From NCBI GenBank assembly GCA_965116325.1, contig OZ220675.1, positions 385,138-449,137 on the forward strand: DNA of 64,000 bases, in the 5' to 3' direction. The notes under the pieces are model-generated. The model was given only the letters and a program-made list of their open reading frames with translations. It did not search any database and had not been told where the DNA came from. Both the position numbers and the translations under genes were made by a program. Every line of letters begins with the position of its first letter. Positions within the stretch are counted from its first letter, which is position 1. Positions 37,247 to 43,773 of this stretch are shown in pieces. This DNA is from Dehalococcoidia bacterium. Lineage in GTDB: Bacteria; Chloroflexota; Dehalococcoidia; Lucifugimonadales; JAGWBF01.

Positions 37247-37663
37247 ATGCCAAAGAAGATCGACCCGGAAAAGGCGATGGAGGGCGCCATCCGCTTTTCG
37301 GAAAAGTACGTAGAGAAGAGCGGGTACAAGTTCTTCCCCGACCAGGAAGTGGTACGCCTCGTGCAGGAAGGCCTGGCCCGCAACCAGGTGGAGTACGGGT
37401 ACCGCTACTGCCCCTGAATGCCCCTCAGCGGCGATCCCGTCGAGGACCGCAAGAAGATTTGCCCCTGCGACCGGCACCATGAGGACATAGAACGGGATGG
37501 TTTCTGTATTTGAATGTTCTTCGTAAGCGAAGAGTTTCTTCGCCAACAGGAACAAGGAAACGACATCGAGCAGACCATAGGTGAGGCAGTTAAGCCCGGT
37601 GAAGGCCTGTTCGACCAGCCATATAAGTCGAAAGCAGACCAGAAGGGCAGCCAGAGTACGTAG
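37247..37663 (+). CDS. Ferredoxin:thioredoxin reductase catalytic-subunit homolog, predicted selenoprotein with two Sec (UGA at 37415-37417 and 37511-37513)
   Basis: GAGGGGA RBS. The read-through translation is MPKK..FSEKYVEKSGYKFFPDQEVVRLVQEGLARNQVEYGYRYCP-U-MPLSGDPVEDRKKICPCDRHHEDIERDGFCI-U-MFFVSEEF... It aligns to the FTR motifs CPC / CPC / CHCMLF, and both UGAs sit on the second Cys of motifs 1 and 3. The frame stays open to TAG 37661. Confidence 0.75.
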
Positions 37664-37678
37664 AGGAGCTGAGAAGCT

Positions 37679-37915
37679 GTGAGCATAACCGTTTACACAT
37701 CTGTTGGTTGAGGCCCCTGCCACATGGTGAAAGTGTATCTTTCACAGAAGGGGCTCGAGTTCACCGAACGAAACGTATCGCTGGACGAAAATGCCAGAGA
37801 AGACCTGCTCTCCCTGGGATATCGCAGCACACCCGTGACTGTGATAAACGACGAGAAGGTCGTAGGTTACAGTCCTCCCAAGCTGGAAGAAGCCCTGCAG
37901 ACAGCCGGGATCTAG
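37679..37915 (+). CDS. NrdH/glutaredoxin-like redoxin, predicted selenoprotein (UGA at 37709-37711; active site U-G-P-C)
   Basis: GTG start 10 nt after GAGGAG. The translation (M)SITVYTSVG-U-GPCHMVKVYLSQKGLEFTERNVSLDENAREDLLSLGYRSTPVTVINDEKVVGYSP fits the Grx/NrdH fold. The tracked ORF (37724-) lacks strand 1 and the CxxC motif. Confidence 0.8.
37713..37754 (+). promoter_or_regulatory. SECIS-like stem-loop 3' of the redoxin UGA
   Basis: Lower stem GCCCCU/AGGGGC (37713-18 / 37749-54), upper stem GUGAAAG/CUUUCAC (37727-33 / 37739-45) and apical loop UGUAU, about 23 nt after the UGA. Confidence 0.5.
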
Positions 37916-37969
37916 ACACACGCAACCGGCGAGAAGGCTTTCTGTCGCTGCTCTATGGCGGAAGTTGGG

Positions 37970-38872
37970 CTACTTGCCCAGGAGCTTCATCAGTAGAGCC
38001 ATCCTGACGTACAAGCCGTTCTCCGCTTGACGATAGCCGGCCCAGCGGGGGTCGCCAGTCTCCTCGATCACCAGATCGCTGCGTTGCATAGGGTCGAGGA
38101 TCACACACCCGGGTTTTAGGGCCGCCAGCAGCTCATTGTCAACCTTGGCTTCCGCTATGTTGCGGCTTCTCACCAGCTCCGCATGGCCCGGGGTGCTTGC
38201 GCCGTTGACGTACACCGCATCTAGGGATCCGGCCAGATCCATCAAAGATGTGCCCTGGGTGAATGCGATGCCCGCCCCGGTGCTGTAGTCGATGGTGTCC
38301 TGGTCAGCCTGTCCCGTTACAGGGAACAGGTGCACCTTGATGTTCTCGTACATGGCGAGGGCCGTCAAAAGGGCGTTCACGTTTCTATGATCGAGCCTGC
38401 CCAGGAAGGCGATGTTCAGCCCATCGACACTCCCCAACTCCCGCTTGAGTGTGTACAAGTCCAGGAGCGCCTGGGTAGGGTGGTCTTCGGGGCTGCCCCC
38501 ATTGATGACCGCCAGGCCTCCGGCCTCGGCAGCTTGCTCCGCCGCCCCCGTCTGCTGAGACCTTAAGACGACCACGTCGAAGTGCAGACTGCCCAGGAAC
38601 CTCATTGTGTTCTCTATGAAAGTGGTTGTTCTGACGGGGAAGAACTGGGATGCATCCTCGGTGTGCTGGGCATCGCCCCCGAGTAGGGCCATCGCCCGCT
38701 CGAAGGATGCCCGGGTTAGAAAGCTGGGCTCGTAAAACAGGCAGTACAGGGACCGTCCCTGCAACGCCTGTGCAACGGGAGCGCCGTCTCGAATGCGGTC
38801 GCACAGGGGAAACAGATCCTCTTCGATCCATTGACGCTCCATGTCCCTGGTCCGTATCAGATGATTCGGCAA
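37970..38872 (-). CDS. Aspartate/ornithine carbamoyltransferase-family protein with degenerate carbamoyl-phosphate motifs
   Basis: HPTQALLD is present. The STRTR motif reads SFLTR, and the HP(L/A)P region reads DPMQ. Confidence 0.75.
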   Translation of the reverse strand: MPNHLIRTRDMERQWIEEDLFPLCDRIRDGAPVAQALQGRSLYCLFYEPSFLTRASFERAMALLGGDAQHTEDASQFFPVRTTTFIENTMRFLGSLHFDVVVLRSQQTGAAEQAAEAGGLAVINGGSPEDHPTQALLDLYTLKRELGSVDGLNIAFLGRLDHRNVNALLTALAMYENIKVHLFPVTGQADQDTIDYSTGAGIAFTQGTSLMDLAGSLDAVYVNGASTPGHAELVRSRNIAEAKVDNELLAALKPGCVILDPMQRSDLVIEETGDPRWAGYRQAENGLYVRMALLMKLLGK

Positions 38873-39065
38873 AGCAAGTCCTCGGTGTATCTTTAGGTCG
38901 TTCCGGTCGCTGGCAGAGGGCCATCCCTGAAGGCGCCCTCACGTTAGATTCTCGGCACCGGTGAGAATATAACCGGGCCATGTTACACTATAGCCCGCTT
39001 CATCGCCAAGCTGGATCAAAGCTGAGGCATATGGGTCCCGGGACACTCTTGTAGGAGAAGCAGGT

Positions 39066-40100
39066 TTGGACAACATACTGGTAACCGGCGGTGCGGGATT
39101 CCTGGGAATGACCCTTGTGAAGAGCTTGGTTGGCTTTGGGGTCCGCCCGCGGGTGCTGGATATCAACATCCCCGGACACCCCGACCTGGAGTCCAACATG
39201 GAGTTCATCCACGGGGACATCCGCAATCCCGACACCGTCCACAGGGCTGTGCGGGGAATGGATGTGGTGTTTCACCTGGCAGCAGCCGTGCTGCCCACCA
39301 GGGGCAAGCGGGCGTACACATCCACCAACACCGAGGGCACACGGAACCTGCTCCAAGCATCCCTCGACCATAACGTCAGGCAGGTAGTGCACGTATCCAC
39401 CAGCGCCATATACGGCATTCCCCGCGAGCTACCGGTCACCGAGGAGTCCGAGCTTCGTCCCATGGGCTACTACGGGAACGCCAAATACCAGGGAGAGCTG
39501 TTGGTGCGGGAGTACCGCGGCCGGGGTCTTAGAGTGTGCGTCCTCAGACCACGGACCATCATCGGCACCGAACGCCTGGGAATATTCCACATCCTCTTCG
39601 ACTGGATCAAAGAGGGAAAGAGAGTCCCCATCATCGGCAAGGGCGACAACCTATTCCAGTTTGTGAGCGCCCGGGACTGCGTGTCCGCTTGCTTCAAGGC
39701 AGTGGATGCCGAAAGCAACGATGACTTCAACCTGGGGGCGGAGGAGTTCTCCACGGTTAAGGGGGACTTGGAAGGGCTGACCGCCCACGCAAATACGGGT
39801 TCCCGCGTCGCCCCCGTTCCCGCTCCCATGGTGAAGGCACCTCTCCAGGTCCTGGACCTGCTCAGGCTATCCCCCCTCATGGACTGGCAGTACAAGGTGG
39901 CCGACAAGCCCTTTTACTTCGACATCACCAAGGCCAAGACAGACCTGGGATGGCAGCCCAGGGACAGCAACCTCAGCATGTTCACCGACTCCTACGATTG
40001 GTACACAAACAATTATGTCGATACCGCCGAAGCTTACGGGTCAACCCATCGCCAAGCTGTGCGCCAACGCTTTCTCCGCTTGCTCAAGGGCGTGTTCTAA
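39066..40100 (+). CDS. NAD-dependent epimerase/dehydratase (extended SDR)
   Basis: Carries VTGGAGFLG and a YGNAK catalytic YxxxK. TTG start. Confidence 0.88.
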   Translation: MDNILVTGGAGFLGMTLVKSLVGFGVRPRVLDINIPGHPDLESNMEFIHGDIRNPDTVHRAVRGMDVVFHLAAAVLPTRGKRAYTSTNTEGTRNLLQASLDHNVRQVVHVSTSAIYGIPRELPVTEESELRPMGYYGNAKYQGELLVREYRGRGLRVCVLRPRTIIGTERLGIFHILFDWIKEGKRVPIIGKGDNLFQFVSARDCVSACFKAVDAESNDDFNLGAEEFSTVKGDLEGLTAHANTGSRVAPVPAPMVKAPLQVLDLLRLSPLMDWQYKVADKPFYFDITKAKTDLGWQPRDSNLSMFTDSYDWYTNNYVDTAEAYGSTHRQAVRQRFLRLLKGVF

Positions 40101-40149
40101 CACTCGATGACCCAACACACAGCCCGCAAGGCACTGGCCAAGCTAAACC

Positions 40150-40842
40150 ATGACTGAAATGCCCGGTGATACCCCGGAGTTGGAGCTTCCCGGGTGGGCA
40201 TTCGGCAGGGGCGACGGAAAAAGCCGGTCCGGCTACCTGCTGAAACGTCCCTGGGATGTGGTAGTGGGTATTATCGGAATGATGATCGCCATGCCCCTCT
40301 GGGTGGTCTTCTTTATCGCCATTAAGCTGGAAGACCGGGGACCCTTCTTCTTCACTCAGGAGCGCTGGGGCAAGGACAAGACCAGGTTCCGAGTGTATAA
40401 GGTACGCACAATGGTGCCCAACGCAGAGGAGATATTCGGCAACATCCAGGCCCAGGAAAACGACCCAAGGGTTACGCGGGTGGGGAGGTTCCTCAGGGCA
40501 ACCAGCCTGGACGAGTCTCCCCAGCTCATAAACATAGTCAGGGGCGACATGAGCTGGGTAGGTCCCAGGGCCCTGCCCATCAACGAGGTGCAGGCCCAGG
40601 AAGCCGAGGGGGACTTGCCCGACGAAGCAATCGAGGGGTTCGAAGCCCGCTCCAAGCTCCGGCCCGGGCTAACGGGCATCGCCCAGGTGTACGCGCCGCG
40701 GGACATAGCCAGGGAGCAGAAGTACAGGTACGATGCGGTCTATGCCTACAGCCAGAGCCTGCTGACGGACATCAGGCTTATCCTGGCTTCCCTGTGGATA
40801 ACCTTCAGGGGTAAGTGGGAGTCCCGGGAGCGCAAGCTGTAA
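40150..40842 (+). CDS. Polyprenyl-phosphate sugar phosphotransferase (bacterial sugar transferase family)
   Basis: Carries KRPWD, a single TM helix, FFTQERWG, PQL.NI..GDMS.VGPRA and PGLTGIAQV. Confidence 0.88.
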   Translation: MTEMPGDTPELELPGWAFGRGDGKSRSGYLLKRPWDVVVGIIGMMIAMPLWVVFFIAIKLEDRGPFFFTQERWGKDKTRFRVYKVRTMVPNAEEIFGNIQAQENDPRVTRVGRFLRATSLDESPQLINIVRGDMSWVGPRALPINEVQAQEAEGDLPDEAIEGFEARSKLRPGLTGIAQVYAPRDIAREQKYRYDAVYAYSQSLLTDIRLILASLWITFRGKWESRERKL

Positions 40843-40846
40843 CCAG

Positions 40847-41827
40847 CTAGGCGTGGTCGATGTCCATGACCACCTTGATGATGTTGTCCTCTCGGTTCTC
40901 GTACATGCGGTAGGCCTCGTTGATGTCGTGCTCGTCAAAGCCCCGCCGGTGGGTAACCATCTGGGCTGGGTCGATCCAGCCCCGCTCTCTCAGCTCCACT
41001 ATCTCCCGAATCTGGCTGATCGGGTCGCCGCTGCGGGCGCCCGTCGTGGGGATTATGGTGGGCTGATTGTCCATCCAGGTGCGGGTGTCTACGGGAACGA
41101 TATCATCGCCCTGGATGCCGAAGATTATCACAGTGCCGAAGCGCCGGATCATCCTGAACACCAAATCCAGGGTGTCCGGGTAGCCGGCGGCTTCGACAGT
41201 CACATCGGCGCCCACCCCACCAGTCAGCTCCTGCACCCTCTCCAGAAGGTCTTCCTTGGAGGGGTTGATGGTGTGGGTTGCTCCGAACTTGCGCGAGTAC
41301 TCCAGGCGATAGTCCAGCAGGTCCACGGCTATCACCTTACTGGCGCCCTGTCGGGCCGTCAGCATGGTAAATGAGAGGCCGATGGCTCCCTGCCCCATGA
41401 TGACCACGTTCTTGCCCATGATGTTGCCCATTCGCTTGCAGGCGTAGAACACCGTCCCCGTCGGCTGGCACATGACCCACTCGGACAGGGGGCCGTGGTC
41501 GGGCAGGCCCACCATGCGCCCTGGATTGGACACCAGGTACTCGCTCAGCCCGCCCATTTCCAGGGTAGGGATGACTATCACCCGCTGGCCCTCGCGGAAC
41601 TCCTCGCTTCGGCTTTCCACAACTGTGCCCGCGCACTCATGGCACGGCCTCCCCAAGGCCAGGGGGTACTCCTCCTCGGGCATAACGGGGCCGTAGCCGT
41701 GGCGAATGTCGCTGCCGCAAATAGACACGCTGTCCAGGCGCACCAGGCATTCTCCCTCCTGCGCTGTGGGAACATCAGAATCGAACACGACGAAACGCTT
41801 GGGACCCACCAGCTGAGCAACCTTCAT
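40847..41827 (-). CDS. Zinc-dependent alcohol/polyol dehydrogenase (MDR family)
   Basis: Carries the catalytic Zn region CGSDIRH, ..CHECAG.. and GQGAIG Rossmann motifs. Confidence 0.88.
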   Translation of the reverse strand: MKVAQLVGPKRFVVFDSDVPTAQEGECLVRLDSVSICGSDIRHGYGPVMPEEEYPLALGRPCHECAGTVVESRSEEFREGQRVIVIPTLEMGGLSEYLVSNPGRMVGLPDHGPLSEWVMCQPTGTVFYACKRMGNIMGKNVVIMGQGAIGLSFTMLTARQGASKVIAVDLLDYRLEYSRKFGATHTINPSKEDLLERVQELTGGVGADVTVEAAGYPDTLDLVFRMIRRFGTVIIFGIQGDDIVPVDTRTWMDNQPTIIPTTGARSGDPISQIREIVELRERGWIDPAQMVTHRRGFDEHDINEAYRMYENREDNIIKVVMDIDHA

Positions 41828-41945
41828 AGCCTAACCCTGCCCCCTTACTGCTGTTCTAGCGGCGGGGCTAATGCCCGCCTCTAATCGTAGCTAACAGTAC
41901 ATTACAGGGGGGATACCCGCAAGCCCTGATGAGTCGTTGACACCC

Positions 41946-41974
41946 CTACACTCCGGGCATACAATCCCGCTACA
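41946..41974 (+). promoter_or_regulatory. Sigma70-like promoter of the gatC-like/amidase pair
   Basis: TTGACA (41946-41951), a 17-nt spacer and TACAAT (41969-41974), about 50 nt upstream of the ATG at 42026. Confidence 0.5.
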
Positions 41975-42025
41975 GCAAGGGCCCGCTGCGACCAGGACAC
42001 CTAACCTTCCCCAAGGGGTGCGTCC

Positions 42026-42220
42026 ATGGACATCGACCGCAAGACCCTCCGAGATATGCTCCAACTCTACGAGGGCATTGAACTGTCAGACGAAGAGTTC
42101 GACCTTATAGAACCGGAGCTTCAGAGCTACTTCGATATCGTGGAGAAGATGAAGGAGCTGGACCTGTCAGATGTTCCGTCAGGACGCCTTCTCAGAGCTT
42201 CCGAGGGAGGGGGGATCTAA
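42026..42220 (+). CDS. GatC-like small protein (AtzG-like partner of the downstream amidase)
   Basis: 64 aa with the pattern ..ELSDEEFDLIEPELQSYFDIVEKMKELDLSDV, as in GatC. It overlaps the amidase start by TAATG. Confidence 0.6.
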   Translation: MDIDRKTLRDMLQLYEGIELSDEEFDLIEPELQSYFDIVEKMKELDLSDVPSGRLLRASEGGGI

Positions 42221-43644
42221 TGGCGTACAACGAACTCCTCGATACCACCATTTCCGACCTTGCGCCCCTCATCAGGGACCGCAAGGTGTCGCCCGTAGAG
42301 GTGACCGAGGCTGCCCTTGCCCGAGCGGAGGAGCTGCAGCCAAAGCTCAACTCCTTCATCACCATCCTGAACGACAGGGCCATGGACGAGGCCAGGGAGC
42401 AGGAGCGAGCGATAGCATCAGGCAACTATCTCGGCCCTCTCCAGGGCATACCCATAGGCATAAAGGACAACATCGCCACCGCCGGCATACGCACCACCCT
42501 GGGAAGCAAGGTGCTCGCCGACCATGTGCCCGATGAAGATGCCCACGTTGTTACCCTGTGCAGACAGGCCGGGGCCATTCTTCTTGGGAAGGAAAATTTG
42601 GAGGAGTTCGCCGCCGGCGCAACCTCCAACAACCCCCACTACGGGGCCGTCCACAACCCCTGGAAGCTGGACCGCATACCCGGAGGCTCCAGCGGCGGAG
42701 GCGGCGCCAACGTGGCCGCTGGAGTGACCTTCGCCTCCCTGGGAACCGACCTGGGGGGCTCTGTGAGGATACCTGGTTCCCTCTGCGGTGTGGTGGGCCT
42801 GAAACAGACCTTCGGCAGGGTCAGCCAGCGCGGCCTGATGGTAACCAGCTTTAACGGAGACCACATCGGCCCCATGACTCGCTCGGCCAGGGACGCCTCC
42901 CTGGTGCTGCAGGCCATCGCGGGTTACGACCCCCTAGACCCCAGCACGGTGCCTGTGCCTGTGGACAGCTACTCCGAGAGCCTGGACAAGGGCTTGACGG
43001 GGCTGAAGATGGGCATACCCACAGACCATTTCTTCGACCTGCTGGAGCCAGAGGTTGCGAGCGCTGTGGAAAAGGCCATCGCCGCCATGGAAGAGCTGGG
43101 AGCGACGCCGGTGAAGGTGGCCCTGCCCACGATGAAGTACTCGGCGGCCCTGCGCATCCCTGGGATGGCTGACGGCATCGTCACCCATGAGCCGTACCTG
43201 CACAGCAACCGGCAGGACTACGGGCCGGACACCCTGTACAGGACCTTGGCGGGCCAATTTGTTCTTGGGCGGGACTACTCCAAGGCCATGAAGGTGCAGA
43301 GGCTGATCAAAGAGGAGTTTGCCCGGGTGCTTCAGCAGGTGGACTTCCTGGCAGCCCCCACTTGCCCCGTCGTGGCGCCCCCCATCGGCGCAAAGTTCGT
43401 CAGCATGGGAGGCAAGGAGTTCTCAACCCGGGGACCCGGGGCGGGATACCTAGCCCGCAACACCAGCCCCAGCAACTCAACAGGCCTGCCGGCCGTATCG
43501 GTGCCCTGCGGCCACGATAGTGAAGAATTGCCCGTAGGCCTGCAGATCATAGGTCGCCCCTTCGATGAGGCGACCATCCTGCGCGTCGCCCACACTTACG
43601 AAGGGGTGTCCCCCGCACAGGGACGAAGCCCCAGCCTGAACTAA
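42220..43644 (+). CDS. Amidase-signature enzyme (GatA/AtzE-like)
   Basis: Carries GIPIGIKDNI (catalytic Lys region) and GGSSGGGGANVAAG (the AS signature Ser-cisSer). Confidence 0.9.
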   Translation: MAYNELLDTTISDLAPLIRDRKVSPVEVTEAALARAEELQPKLNSFITILNDRAMDEAREQERAIASGNYLGPLQGIPIGIKDNIATAGIRTTLGSKVLADHVPDEDAHVVTLCRQAGAILLGKENLEEFAAGATSNNPHYGAVHNPWKLDRIPGGSSGGGGANVAAGVTFASLGTDLGGSVRIPGSLCGVVGLKQTFGRVSQRGLMVTSFNGDHIGPMTRSARDASLVLQAIAGYDPLDPSTVPVPVDSYSESLDKGLTGLKMGIPTDHFFDLLEPEVASAVEKAIAAMEELGATPVKVALPTMKYSAALRIPGMADGIVTHEPYLHSNRQDYGPDTLYRTLAGQFVLGRDYSKAMKVQRLIKEEFARVLQQVDFLAAPTCPVVAPPIGAKFVSMGGKEFSTRGPGAGYLARNTSPSNSTGLPAVSVPCGHDSEELPVGLQIIGRPFDEATILRVAHTYEGVSPAQGRSPSLN

Positions 43645-43647
43645 GCC

Positions 43648-43692
43648 CCGCTTTCCCCCTCTCTTGAGGGAGAGGGTTGGGGTGAGGGTGAT
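43648..43692. repeat. G/C-rich hairpin repeat of the ccctctc...gagaggg type
   Basis: The ccctctc/gagaggg stem lies at 43657-43676, followed by ttggggtgagggtg. A related perfect 9-bp hairpin lies at 56866-56888. Confidence 0.5.
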
Positions 43693-43705
43693 GACCAGAA
43701 AAAAG

Positions 43706-43732
43706 AGAAGGCCGGCGTAACGCCGGCCTTCT
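43706..43732 (-). terminator. Intrinsic terminator between convergent genes, with the U-tract on the minus strand
   Basis: A 12-bp stem (agaaggccggcg taa cgccggccttct) is followed on the reverse strand by CUUUUUUC. It lies 42 nt past the TAG of the extended OsmC-like gene. Confidence 0.75.
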
Positions 43733-43773
43733 AACTGTCGGGTACCAGGATGGGGAGTAAAGCTCCCCGCAGT

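Noticed and set aside
37415-37513. Alternative reading: the FTR-like gene is a pseudogene with two nonsense mutations, or UGA is globally reassigned
   Set aside because: Both stops fall exactly on the two redox-active Cys columns, while all four cluster-ligand Cys codons and the downstream frame stay intact. A third and a fourth UGA sit on catalytic Cys positions of two other redox genes. Many genes in the window terminate at UGA (for example lspA, the glyoxalase gene and the sdhA/sdhB overlap), so global reassignment is unlikely. The pseudogene reading cannot be fully excluded without Sec-machinery evidence.
37202-37723. 173-aa minus-strand ORF, the longest uninterrupted ORF across the FTR-like/redoxin locus
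   Set aside because: It has no recognisable family and is antisense to two frames with clear family-level matches (FTR CPC/CPC/CHC motifs and a glutaredoxin fold). Its length is explained by the GC-rich antisense of real coding sequence.
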